Made by a program: the position numbers and the translations under genes. From NCBI GenBank assembly GCA_043228905.1, contig JBHGNT010000007.1:20894001-20958000 (forward strand): a stretch of DNA of 64,000 nucleotides, read 5' to 3'. How positions within the stretch are numbered: position 1 is the first letter of the stretch; the number at the start of each line of letters is the position of its first letter. The stretch is from Azolla caroliniana. Its lineage: Eukaryota; Plantae; Polypodiophyta. Shown in pieces: positions 50,447-63,872 of the stretch. Under the pieces are notes generated by a model. That model ran no database searches. It saw only the letters and a list, made by a program, of their open reading frames with translations, and was not told the DNA's origin.

Positions 50447-53400
50447 TGTCGCAATGTTTCGCGCGTGCGTGTAGAAGGGCGGGACCACGGGGGTCTTGGA
50501 CTAGGGAGTGACGGAGCGTAGGAAGTCATGATTCACCATTTCCGGGACGCCGGAAACAACCAAAAAGGAGGGAGAGAAGAACACGTGCGCACACCTGACC
50601 GACACATGCACACACAGTGCCGACCCCACTCACGCTTATGTACAGAAACAAAAGTAAGGAAACACTAAAACACCCACGCAGACACCAAAAATGCAGAATC
50701 TTCCATAGGTCTATTTACAAGAAGCAAGATACAACAGTCGTCTACTGCCAAGCCGCCGGTCAGGGAGCTCACGGGCTCGTCGCGCCGAGCGGGGTCTTGC
50801 ACAGCAGACAGGGCAGATACAGACCCTGCAGGTATCAAGCTAGACTCATAGAGTGACGAAGAAGCAGGGGAGGAGGAGAAGAAGACGAAACACTAAAACA
50901 AGAGAGAAAGAGGAAGAGAGAACGTCTCTTCATCTAACGGTATACCCTACTAATACAAAATGGGCAACCCCTTCAGCAAGGGCGCTCCCTCCCTTTTATA
51001 GAACAAGGAGAGGGATCCGTAGCATCGTGGGATAAATCCCTTATTACATGGGATTCTTGTCCCGACTTGATTACTCTTCGGCGCCATAAATGTACAAGGC
51101 TGAGCGCACTAAATGGACAAGGCTGAGTGCACATGCTGCACCCCGCCGATGTAGCGAATATTTCCCGGTTTCCGCCTCTGGCCGAAATTCTTCACGACAT
51201 TCGCCCCCACTAAACCGCACGTCCACCGGTACGTGCCAAATCCGGTGAAGGGTGAGAGATTTCGGCCGGTGAGAAACCGGTCTTCCGTAATCCGCATCCC
51301 GGCTCGCTGCCGGTTTGAATCGTCGGGTTCGGTTCTTCCTTCGCGCTTACCTCCCTGTAGGTTCGTTAGACCCGTCGATGGGTCCTTCGCTGCGATCTCC
51401 GTAGTACGCGTACTTCCGTTGGCCCTTGTTCGGCCGTATGCACGCTCCGCTCTCCGCCGTATGCCCGATGCCCTCCGCTTGAGGAACGCCCGTAGTGGCC
51501 CGCCTGGCCTCCGTCAACCACTCGCTTTGTCCTGATTGCCGTTCCACGTTGTTTCCCACTGACTTCGTCCCCTCGCCGCCACCTTCCTTCTCCTTGGTCT
51601 TACGTCGCCACGTCGGCTCAGACCGCTAAGGTCTTCGGAACGGTGTGGAGGATCCTTCTCCAGTCTTCGATGCGCTATCTCCGAACCGTGCAAACTATCT
51701 TCGCGTTTGCCTTTCCGCTCCGGCACCTTCGTGTGCCGCATATCCTCGTCCGTTGTTTGGCGCTACCTGTGCCGCACTCCGATTCTTTGCACGCCTTGTC
51801 GGCCCCTTTGTCGGCCAGATCATGCATCTCCGCTCATCCGCATATCGGTGTCCCCTCGCCCCCACCAGCTTGTCATCCCGGACTTGCCGTGTCAGTCTTC
51901 GCTACTCTAACTGAGCTGCCGAGATCTACGAAGTGAGTGTGGAGGATCCTCCTTCGTACTCCCTTGTCATTCCCTGACTCCGACCCTGTGCAGTTCACTA
52001 TGCACCCGTCACCTCGTTTCCGGCACCTCCCTTGTGCTGTCTTTCGCTTCCTTTGTTCTGCACCGCCCGTGCTGAACACCGTCCCGTAGTCACGCTTCGA
52101 TCCGGCCCACGATGGCCACTTGCGAGAGTCTTGTTCCGTCCCAGGTGTGCCTTTCCGGCCCAACACACCTCCCCGTATTTGCCCCTACCGGTTTCGCACT
52201 TCGTCTGCCCCGTCTTACCGACCTTTGTTGACGCCGGGTCCCATTCCTTGCCGCCACCTTCCTTCTCCCTCAGTCTTACGTTGCCACGTTGGCGGAACAG
52301 TCTGGGTCTTCGAAACCGGTGTGAAGATCCCATAGGACCGATCTTCGTTTCGTTGCTTGCCGAAATTCGGGGTCTTTTGTTTGAGTCCCTCTCGGACTCT
52401 CCTCGTGTCTTCCGCGTAGTCGGGTTCCGTTTCCCGCCGCCACCAGCCTTCTCTCGAGGTCTCACGTTGCCACGCTGGCCGAACTGCTGGAGTCTCCGGT
52501 CTGGTGTGGGGATCCCGTAGGACCGGACTTCCTTATGCCCATGACCTTGCCGGTAAGTTCGAAATGGTTCGTAGCCGCATCGCCGGCCTGATACCTTCTT
52601 CCTCTGCTTCCGTCGTCCGATCACGTTCACCTGCCGCCACTAACCTCTCCTACAGGACTCACGTCAGCACTCGGACCGACCGCCGGATCAGTGTGAGGAT
52701 CTTCGCAAACCTCCCATCCACAGTCCTTCGCCTTCGTCCCCTTTCCGCCACCGTTAGTATTTTGGTCTTACATCGACCGTGTTGCTGACTGCCGGAGTCT
52801 CTAGATCCGGTGTGGGGATCCCGTAGGATTGGTTGCTTGCATCCTCACTCACCTGTGCTTCTTTTGAAATCTTCGCCCTCCTTCTCGCGTACCCGCCTCC
52901 ATCTCCCATCTCTCCAGGTCTCACGCCGGCGCTCGTTGCCGGCTGCCTGAGTCTCCGGATAAGACATGGTGTTTCCGTCCCGTAATGATTTGCGGACGCT
53001 CGTTCGGGGTACCGCTCCCCAAGCACGTTCGGTAAGAAGCATCTGGACTTCGATCGATCAAGTGTCGCTTGCACTATTGTACCTTACCGAGCCCTACCGA
53101 TCGGGCTCTATAGCCTGTCCCTGGTCTTTCGCGCCTTGGGCCGGTTTTGGTCGAGTCATCCACATCTGGATCACGCTCCATCCGAATCGGAATGCCAATC
53201 TTTCCGTGCCGCTTCCGTCCTTGGCCTCTTCGCAGGCCGTTTCCCATCCCTCTTCGCTGGCATCGTGCCAAGACTCCTCGTCGGCGCCGTCCTTCTCTCC
53301 GGTCTCATGTCAGCACACGGGCTTGACCACCGGAGTCTCCGGAATCCGCATGGAGGGCTCTTCTCCGCTCCCGACCTTGTCCTCGGTTGACAATTCTCCG

Positions 53401-55066
53401 CAAGTCGAGAGGGCGTTTTGTTCCGCACCCTTTCCCGTGGTATCGTCGTACCGATCTTCCGCCATCTCGTGGGGCAAGACCGTCTCCTCGGTCTCAGCTT
53501 GCGGCCTCGATCTTTCCTTTTCCTCGAGCATCACCTCAAGAGCCGCGTACGCCTCCGCAATCCTGGCCCCAACGCCGACCCTTGCCGACTCTCTTTGCCG
53601 TTCGGCCTCTTCCCGCTGTGATGGCACGCCGTCACTCGCCTTCCTCTTAGCCTTCTCGGCCCGCTCATTGTCTAGCCATTGGCACACCCTTCCGACCTTC
53701 AACCAGTCCTCCGTAAGCCCATTCGCTCCGTCATCGTCTTCGAGCTCCATCCTGATGGCCTCCTGTTCCGCTTGGTCGATCGACCTGACGAACAATAGGA
53801 CTTTGTCAGCCCCCACCAAACCTTGTTCCCGCTTCGGGAGCCGAGCAAGCCGTCGCTCAAACTCTCAGAACGCCTTCGTCGTGCCCCGGTGGGTCTTTGC
53901 CGATGCTACCCACTGGTCGAAGTCATGTCGTCCCCGGCTCTTCCGTCGTTTTTCATATGCCCGCAGGAGCGCCTCTTCAAAGGCCTCCCACGAACTATGA
54001 GCTTCTCGGAGCTCTTTCACTTCCGCGTTCATACAGATGGCGACAGCCCGACAGAAGAACTCCAGCCTCAACGCTTCGTCCACGTCTCGCTCCTCCATTT
54101 CTGTGTTGTACGCTTCCAAGTAAGATGGGACTTTGTCCCCGTCGAAACGACTGACTCTTTCAACAACTCGCTCAACTGCTTGTTGCGCTGCTTCTCGCCT
54201 CATCACCACTGGTGCAGACTCCAACACCACTTCCGCCACCATCTGCGCGAGGTCGTCGTCTTCCGACTCCATCCTCCCCTACTGCCTTTCATGTCGGGTT
54301 CGCCAAAGATATCGCGATGTTTCGCACGTGCGTGTAGAAGGGCGGGACCACGAGGGTCTTGGACTAGGGAGTGACGGAGCGTAGGAAGTCGTGATTAACC
54401 ATTTCCGGGACGCCGGAAACAACCAAAAAGGAGGGAGAGAAGAACACGCGCGCACCCCTGGCCGACACAGGCACACACAGTGCCGACCCCACTCATGCTT
54501 ATGTACAAAAACAAAAGTAAGGAAACACTAAAACACCCACGCAGACACCAAAAACGCAGAATCTTCCATAGGTATATTTACAAGAAGCGAGATACAACAG
54601 TCGCCTATTGCCAAGCCGCCGGTCGGGGAGCTCACGGGTTCGTCACGCCAAGCGGGGTCTTGCACAACAGACAGGGCAGATACAGAAACTGCAGGTATCA
54701 AGCTAGACTCATAGAGTGACGAAGAAGAAGCAGAGGAGGAGGAGAAGAAGAAGAAACCCTAAAACAAGAGAGAAAGAGGAAGAGAGAACGTCTCTTCATC
54801 TAACGGTATACCCTACTAATACAAAATGGGCAACTCCTTCAGCAAGGGCGCTCCCTCCCTTTTATAGAACAAGGAGAGGGATCCGTAGCATCGTGGGATA
54901 AATCCCTTATTACATGGGATTCTTGTCCCAACTTGATTACTCTTCGGCACCATAAAGGCACCCTCGTTATTTAGACTAAATGTACAAGGCTGAGTGCACA
55001 TGCTGCACCCCGCCGATGTAGCGAATATTTCCCGGTTTCCGCCTCTGGCCGAAATTCTTCACGACA
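50447..55066 (-). mobile_element. E5: gag-only Trp-primed LTR element (E1-related LTR) inserted in the chromovirus RT; TSD ACGT
   Basis: LTRs 54310-55066 and 50447-51199; PBS 54288-54305; flanks ATGT and ACGT. Gag ORFs 53865-54272 and 53310-53819, followed by ~2 kb of degenerate repeats with no pol motifs. Confidence 0.92.
53310..54272 (-). pseudogene. gag: Gag-like ORF of E5 with an in-frame stop
   Basis: VSRFDGDKVPSYLEAY, FDQWVASAKTH, KVLLFVRSID...GANGLTEDW. Confidence 0.75.
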
Positions 55067-55621
55067 ACGTATATAACCCATTCGTAAATAGTCCTTGAGT
55101 TGCTTAGATACCTCTTCCTCTTCAGATCGACTTAAGTGATAAGGAGGTAAACTTATTGGTGCAACGCCAGGTACAATATCTATATGATGGTCTATATTAC
55201 GTTTAGGAGGTAACCCATCTGGCAGTTCACTCGGAAAATCATCACAAAAATCATTTAAGATTTCATCAAGTTGTTGTTGTTCAAAATATGTTCATTGAAC
55301 CGAGACATTATCGATATTGTCAACGTGAATGTCCGGATCAAGTACATAATAAAATAGAGTAGAACAATACAACTCAGATATTGATGGAGAGGAAACAATC
55401 GAGAGGGATTGTTTTTTTACACATTGAATAAAATGAGTACAATCGTTCAGTACAAAAGTTATTGAATGGTGAACCCAATCAATAGATAAAGAAGAGTTTT
55501 AATTGTAGAACCAGGGATAACCCAGTATTACATCAGTGGTACAAAGATTCATTACATGGAAGTCTACTTCCTCTATATAAGTATCAATAGAAATTCCTAA
55601 TGAGTGAATCACCCTGTTGAT

Positions 55622-56161
55622 CTATTGTACTCTTCCATCAGCCAAGAGCACCGTATAGGTGTGATCACTTACGATGGGTTGGATTCCCCATATCTGAACC
55701 AAACGATCATTCACAAAGTTGTGTGAGCTTCCAGAATCAAACAAAAATTGTACGAGAGATCCATTGATATACACATTTGCACGTAGTAAATCATTGTGAC
55801 CCAATACATAGTGAGGGAAAGAACATTGACAATTACTTAAATGATATGTATAGACCTGAAGGACATTAGGAATCTGACCTTTATGGTTTGCAGCTTTAGT
55901 TTTGCTGTCATGCTCTTTCCGTTGGAGAGTTCGACATTGCTCTTTTGTATGACCCTTCTTTTTGCAGAATATGCAAAAAGGATGTTGTCGCTTACAATCG
56001 TGATCCATGAATTCATTGGGTGTCTTGCGTTTCCCAGCGAATTGCGACTGCTTAGTCTCGGGTGCTTTGTTGGGTTTTTTGTGGTCCTTCTTCGAAGTGC
56101 GTTGATAGAGAAGAACTATTTCAACGGCCTCTTCGAAGGATTCTGGATCCTTATCGTGCAC
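55622..56161 (-). pseudogene. gag: Chromovirus gag Zn knuckle and protease
   Basis: CIFCKKKGHTKEQC; VQFLFDSGSSHNFV. Confidence 0.85.
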
Positions 56162-56757
56162 TATCTAGTGATAATCCGAATTGGGGATGCCATTGACAAA
56201 ACAAGCTATTTAATGCGTATAAGAGATATGCGAGGCCTTTGCCCATATATGTTTTTTTAAAAGAAACATATATGTCAAGAGTCCTTATTTCCCCCTCGTT
56301 TACCACAAACTTTGTTGGTACATTACATAACCTCAAGTCTCATAATTACGATGGCATATGCCAATGTGCAACCTAATGGTCAAGCCAAATGAGCCCTCTT
56401 TTCGTAGTAGGACCACGTGGCCCATCACATGGTTACGTCATTACGAATGCCTTTCGTAAGAATGATCTCATGGTGGCATTGTATCCATGTAATGAGGAAT
56501 GGATGTTGGATATGTGTGTCATAAGAGCAACCTCACATCAAGGGGGTCAAACCCTATATTCTCAACACCATTGTGGCTAAGATTGTTTCATTACGTAACG
56601 AAATCGAAGTCACCAATAGGGATGTCAACAATCAAAATTTGTTGAAAAAGGGATGGTGACAACACCATTCTCACAAAAATGTGAGGACGGCCACCAAGAT
56701 CCTTTCCCTGAAAAGGAAAACATTCGATATTGAAATCACGTAATACCTTATATACAT

Positions 56758-59700
56758 TGTAAAGAATCAAGAGATGGATTCTTGTAAAGCGGAATAGGTG
56801 TGAACTGTGTGTGTGTGTATGAGATAGAGAGAGAGAGACACACACACAGAGTATACGCAAGGTTAAGTATATTAACAAAGGGGAAAGACACGACTAAATA
56901 CAAGGTGGGAGGAGGGTGCATGGAGCATGGGGAATGTGAAAGCTCATAAGTTATGTGTCATAGAATATGATTCTATGACTCATACTAAATGCTAGAATAC
57001 AAAGAGGTGACTTAATGGTGACTCTTGACCGTTGGAGTGTCTATTCACTCTCAATGTGAGTTCACACACTAGACCAAGTTGATCTTGATTCTCAACACGC
57101 CCCCTCAAGCTCAAGTCGGGTCGGTTTCAGACGATATCCGAAATCTGCTTCGACTCGCGTTCTGGAGTCCGCGTCGACTCGTGTCGACTCGCTTTATGCG
57201 GAGTTGTGGAATCCGTGCTCCAGCTTGGGTTGTGCGTAGTTGCGAAGTTTGTTCTTCGGCTTGCGTCTTTCTTCGTGGCTTCGTTGTGTGGTTGCATAAT
57301 CCACGCGTTGTTGTGTAGTGTGCGCGGCTTGCGGAATCCACACGTTATTGCGTAATGTCTTCAGTACTCCCCCTCAAGCTTGGCAGGTCAAGGATCATCA
57401 ATCCGAGATCGGTCATGAATTGCCACAGCTTGTCGGCTCCTAAGGCTTTAGTGAAGATGTCGGTCGTTTGAAGATTTGTGCTAATGTGTTGTAGGTCGAC
57501 ATCACCAACTAGAACGCGCTCTCGGATGAAGTGATAGTGCACTTCGATGTGCTTTGTCCGCGCGTGGAACACCGGGTTCCGAGCCAGATAGATACTGCTC
57601 ATGTTGTCGCAGTACACGGAAGTTGGATCCTTGATGGGTACGCCTAGATCCTTCAAATCCTCTTGAGCCATACGGCTTGACACGCAGGTACGGCTGCGCC
57701 CCTGTATTCCGCCTCCATACTCGAAAGAGCAACGGTAGGCTGCTTCTTGCTACTCTAGGATATTGGTCCGCTGTTGAGGGAGAAAACAAATCTGGAGATT
57801 GATCTTCTATCGGCTTTGTAGCCGGCCCAATCGGCGTTTGTGTACCCCTTGAGTCGTATTGGCATCGCGGTCTTTTAGAGGATGCCGCAATCCATTGTGC
57901 CGCTCACGTACCGTAGAACTCGCTTAGCGCAATCCAAGTGAGCATCACGCGGTGTTTGCATGAATTGACTAAGGAGACCAACCAAATAACTGAGATCAGG
58001 TCGAGTGATCGTGAGGTAGATGAGACTCCCGATGAGTTGCCGATACTGAGTCGGCTCACACGCTTTGGTGCCGGAGTTCACATCTAGTTTGAGATTACAA
58101 TCGAGCGGGGTTACCACGGATTTGCACTTAGCCATACCGAACTTGTATAACAAGTTGAGGATGTAGTGCCGTTGAGAAATCATGATTCCGGTCAGAGTAT
58201 AACAAGTTGAGGAAGTAGTGGAGTTCCTTCATGTTTGTCATCTCGAACTTGTCGGAAAGGAGGGATTTGACCTTATTGATTTTGACAAGATGCTCACCTC
58301 CAATGACTAGGTCATCCACATATAAGATGAAGACGATCGGACTTGTGGAATCGCTTCGTATGTAGAGGGAGTTGTCTGATTTTGACATACGGAAGCCGAT
58401 TTGATGAAGATATTGCGTTATCTTCGAATGGCAAGCACACGGTGCTTGCTTGAGGCCGTAGAGTGGCTTCTTGAGTCGGCAAACAGCTTTCGGATGGGTG
58501 CTCGAGTTGAAGCCGGGTGGTTGGATCATGTACACCTCCTCTTCTAATTCGCCTTGTAGAAAGGCGTTCTTGACGTCCATTTGATGGAAGTGCCATCGTG
58601 GCAAAGGTCTCCTCGTAGTCAACTCCGTGCGTTTGGGCGTAGCCTTTCACTACGAGTCGCGCTTTGTAACGGTTGACGGAATCGTCGGCTTTGTACTTCA
58701 CTTTGTAAATCCATCTGCATCCGATCTCCTTTTTGTGTGGTGAGGTGGGAACGAGATCCCACGTCTCGTTCTTGTGTAGTGCATGCATCTCCTCGTTCAT
58801 GGCTTCGATCCATCGCGGATCCTTGGTTGCTTCGGAGAATGTTTCCGGCTCGCGTATTGTCGCTACCTTCATCGTAAAGGCGTAATGATACGCCATATAA
58901 TCGTTGTAGCTGAATCAGCTTACGGGGTTCTTTTCACGAATGGATTGGCGGAGCTTCTCGTTTGTAGAGATGAGGGCTTTCTTAGCTCCGATTGGTGCAT
59001 CGAAGCTGCCGAACACACTGTCGAGTGAGTGAGTCGACTTATCGTCGTAGAAGCGATCGTCTTCGTATTCCGACATTTTCGCCTTGCCTTTGTCCATCTT
59101 CGAGCTAGGCCATGATGTGCTTTGATCGCTCAAAGGCTCTTGTGGTCAACTCAATCGGGTCGTGATCGGACTTTCTTCGAATATGCGCGTAAGGCGATCT
59201 TCATCCTCGATCTCTTGTTCGGCGAATTCCGGGTCGAGCGGAGTCGGAGTCGGAGTTGTCTCTGGTGCGTACCAGGATAAGGACTCGTCAAAAACGACGT
59301 CTCGACTTACACGAGATTTTCGAGTTGAAGGGTTGTAGCACTTGTACCCCTTTTGCTCCAAGGAGTATCCTACGAGGATACATTTCTCTGACTTCGGGTC
59401 AAGCTTTTGATGCTTCTCGTCGGGGATGTGCACGTACGCTATCGCTCCAAATATGCGGATGTGCGATAAGTCCGGCTTCTTTCCAAAGTATTTTTCATGC
59501 GGAGTGACCTCGTGCACGCCGGATGTTGTGCACCGGTTCATTAGGTAGACGGCCGTATTTGCAGCTTCGGCCCAATATGACTTGGGCATATGCATCTCGT
59601 TCATCATGGCCTGCGCTACTTCGAGGATGTGCCGATTTTTGCGCTCGGCTACCCTGTTTTGTTGCGGAGTGTGTCGGCAAGTGAATTCTCGCCGAATTCC

Positions 59701-62135
59701 TTCCTTTCGGACATACGCCGTGAAGTCGTCCGAGAAGTACTCCTTGCCGCCATCCAATCGAAGACAACGTACATGTCGGCCTGTGGCTTTCTCGACTTCA
59801 TTCTTGAAAGTTTGGAAGTGTCCAAACACTTCGCTCCTTTGCCGCATCGGGTAGATCCAAGTGTGCTTGGAGAAGTCGTCGATGAAGAGCACGTAATATC
59901 GGCATCCGTTGAATGTAGCCGTTTGCGCCAGTCCCCATACGTCGGAATGGACTACGTCGAGTAGACCTTTGCTCACGTTCCGCTCTTTTGGGAATGGGTG
60001 TCGGTGTTGCTTGCCGAATTGGCACGCGTCGCATACATTTTGAATCTCCTTCTCTTTGAATGTTGGGAGTCCAATGACAACTCCTTTCGATTTCATTGCG
60101 TTGAGCTTTTGGAGATTTATATGGCCAATCCGCTTGTGCCATAACTCTATGTCGGAGTCGACTTTCATGCCCTTTGCGAACATGGCGGATTTCATCTCGT
60201 GTGAGTTGAGAATGAACATTCGGCCCTCTCTTCGTCCGCGTGGGATGAGTTGGCCCTCTTTTTCAATGGAGCAATCGCCTTGATTAAATCGAACTTGCAT
60301 CACTTGCTCTACAATTTGGCCAGACCAAATTCTTCGTAATGGTCGGTACATGCAAGACATTTTTAATGTAATTTTGCTTACCTTCTTTTCCGAACGGAAC
60401 ATTGCCGATGTGCCGAATCGGGTGTGTAGTGTCGTCTCCGGTTTCGACATAGCTGGGTCGGTCCAACTCTCGAAGTTCTCGGAACCAATCTTGATGCGAT
60501 GTCATATGGTTCGAGGCACTAGAATCGACGAACCATATGTCTTCCGGACCGGAGGGACTAGTTGAGGTAGCGGCTGACATAGAGTTTGCTCTATGTTTCA
60601 TCATGAACATCTGCCACGGTCGGAGTTGCATGCATACATTCCGCCACGATCTTCGTAGTTGGAGTTGTTCCCGTACATTCCACTATACTCTTCGTAGTCG
60701 GAATTGTGTGTGTAATTTGTGAGTTGTCGGCTTGTGGAAGCCGATTCACGCATCTTCTTTCGGCACTCTTCTTCGTGGTGGCTAAGCTTTCCACAATATC
60801 CGCATTCGGTTGCATTTTGACGGCTCGGGCCGGAGTGGAAGCTCCCCCTTCTTGTGAAGGTTCCTCGTTGGCCTCCGTTTTGCGGGCAAAATTGGGAGTT
60901 GTTGTCGTAGGTCGGACCTCGTCCGCCTTGTCCTTGGCCGAATCGGCCTCTCGCTCGTCCGCATCCTCTTCCTCCATTTGAGTGAGTGTAGAGCATGTGG
61001 CTTTCCGACTCGTTGCTCCTTGTACGCACGTGGTTTTCTTCGACCAATAGCATTGATTGGAGCTCAAAGAAGGGGGGAGATTTCTCCTGTGCTAGAACGA
61101 CGGTTCGCATCGCGCTGAACCGTGGTGCGAGGCCGCCGAGGCATATTTGCACCATCTCATCATCATCTATACTTACGCTTATTGAGCCGAGTGAGTCGCA
61201 AAGCTCCTTGATCTTCAAGGTGTATGTCGTGATGGACATGTCCCTTTGTTGAATGTTGTTCAACTCTTGGCGGAGTTGAATCTTCCTCGTGGTTGTGTTG
61301 GCGGCGAAAATCTTTCGTAGATTTTCCCACGCTTCCTTCGGCATCTTGGCTTCTCAAATGTAACTGAGCATGTGGTCGTGAACACATGTCGCCAAAAAAT
61401 ACATCACGCGGCTTGCGGCTTGCTCCCATGTCGCGTATCCGGGAGCCGCTTCGGCGGGTCAGTCTTCATGCGCTCCTTTGATGTAGCTCCAATAGCCTTG
61501 TTTGACAAGGTATTGGTGCATCTTGTACTCCCAAGATGCGAAGTTGTTTCAATCCAACTTCTCGGTAGGGAGAGCGCTCCCCATTTGAGAATTCATTATG
61601 TCGATTCTTCTTCTTCTTCTTCTTCTTCTCTCTTCGAATGCGAGCTATGTAGCGAAGCTACGATAGCGATGAGCCGGTTCTTGGTCGTTGGCGTGGAGCA
61701 CAACACACGATCACGATGAGGCGAATGGGCTAGATCGAGCTACCAAATCGCCCTGATACCATGTAAAGAATCAAGAGATGGATTCTTGGGAAGCGGAATA
61801 GGTGTGAACTGTTTGTGTGTGTATGAGAGAGAGAGAGAGACATACAGAGTATATGCAAGGTTAAGTATATTAACAAAGGGGAAAGACACGACTAAATACA
61901 AGGTGGGAGGAGGGTGCTTTATATAGTCACCCTCTCTCTTCATTAACTACAAGGCTCATGGAGCATGGGGAATGTGAAAGCTCATAAGTTATGTGTCATA
62001 GAATATGATTCTATGACTCATACTAAATGCTAGAATACAAAGAGGTGACTTAATGGTGACTCTTGACCGTTGGAGTGTCTATTCACTCTCAAGGTGAGTT
62101 CACACACTAGACCAAGTTGATCTTGATTCTCAACA
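56758..62135 (-). mobile_element. Full-length Ty1/copia element in the chromovirus 5' leader, degenerate
   Basis: LTRs 61762-62135 and 56758-57097; tRNA-iMet PBS TGGTATCAGGGC; PPT TTGAGGGGGCG. gag 60601-61344 (CGYCGKLSH); PR WFVDSSASNHM; INT 59146-60450; RT and RNase H 57345-58896. Confidence 0.95.
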
Positions 62136-62249
62136 ACACATATGTATATTATCACATATATACAATCAAATACGTATACACATGACCACATATGCATATA
62201 TAAAAGAAATTGTAATATAAAATAGCCAGAAATGATGTAATGAAGATAC

Positions 62250-62510
62250 ATAATCGAGGCATATACCCTCTACGCACACGAAACATCTAAAAATAAGGGT
62301 TAATCGTAATACACAATTGAGGTATTGACCTCATATGCATACGACACCAAACACAGATCATTTACATACAAATCAAGGTAATGACCTCATACGCAAACGT
62401 AACATATGTTTATGAATGTAATACATAATTGAGGTATTAACCTCACACGCATACGACACTAATCACATATTAAATATATGTCAAATAAGGTATTGACCTC
62501 GTGCAGATAT
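62250..62510. repeat. Degenerate ~55-60-bp tandem repeats in the chromovirus 5' leader
   Basis: Recurring GAGGTATTGACCTCA...GCATACGACAC cores, about 5 copies. Confidence 0.6.
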
Positions 62511-62816
62511 GTAAACGTTTTATATAACCAATTAATTACCACTACAACATCATTGAATTAATGATTTTTTTTTAACATATGACCATATACATGATTAGAA
62601 GGGTGAAGAAAAAATAGAAAAAAAAACAAGAAAGATTACCGAAGTTCCTTTGTTGATCGCTGTCTGGATCAAGGCCGACCACACATCGATCGATTACCAT
62701 CAATTAAGAAGACAAAAGACAACAAAAGAAATATTAGAACATGAGCTCATAAACCAACTGTTAGAGATATGATCTAAAGTATGCATATGATAAGGATAAA
62801 AGATAGATAGACAGAA

Positions 62817-62861
<45 letters not shown>

Positions 62862-63872
62862 GTGCCGATTCACCAGACCACCCTCGAGCAAAGGGATCAA
62901 GACAAACTCGAGCCTTGATCGACATCCCATACCACCGCCGTGGCGTCGAGTTGTACCTGGTGTTGGCGCACTCGCTACAAGAGTTGACCCACCACGAAAC
63001 AGAGTCTCGACGTAGTTAAGATATGATGAAATGAGGGTAGCTAGGCCTCTTATTTATAGCGATACCCAAGGCCCCCAAGCAAGTTCACACTTGGCCTATT
63101 GGGTTGTCTCAATCCCGAGGATTAAAAGTAATCCTCCCCTTCTTTACACTCTCGTTTAACCCTCACACTTATCCACGTGTATAGAATACTTCGGTAAATT
63201 CTCACCACGGGATATTATATGGTCATGCCCGTAACAAAACCACTACTTGCCAAAGCTACTCAAGCACTACTTCCATAGGCCAAGTAGTCCCCAATTTTTG
63301 TCCAGGGGAAGTTCACATACCTTCCTCTATTCTTGTCATGGTGTCTCACATATACTTAGATTTCTCTTTTCCTTCATTACTTATCCCATCCTTCCTTTCA
63401 TTTGTGCCCATCTCAAAAGAAAGCATCACTCCTAATTACAAATATGGCCTAAGTCACTTTGCGAAGTACTTAAAGCCCACAATTCCACACATATTGTGTC
63501 ATAATTTTAAAAGCAAAAATCCGAGAACACAATGATGATCTGGCAATAACCATCCATTTTGCGGCAATGGAACAATGCAGATTTTGTCATGATTAGTGTG
63601 TGAGAAATGGTTGCAGACACCCTTCGATGGCGATTGGTTAGAGAGCCATTTCACACACACTCACGCACGCGCGAATGGGGACAGAAATTGCATGGTTGCA
63701 TTGTCAAACAATGGATGGTTGTTTCCGGAAGATCATGAATAGAACATATCATCCACTATTGATGATAACCTTACATCCTATAAGATGTTGCATGCAGCTA
63801 GAATAGAAAGACTTAGCTAGCAAATTGAGAAAGTTACACAAATTTTATTGGATTTTCTTCTTTATTGTGCAG

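Larger units (their letters stand above)
43517..63236 (-). mobile_element. Ty3/gypsy chromovirus, full length and degenerate, hosting four nested insertions
   Basis: 5' LTR 62759-63236; 3' LTR 43517-43910 plus 47185-47242. TSD AAATC/AAACC; PPT GATGGGGAGTA. gag-PR (CIFCKKKGH, LFDSGSSHNF) 55622-56161; RT 49807-50379; RNase H 49426-49674; INT 48012-48440; chromodomain 47229-47819. Confidence 0.92.
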
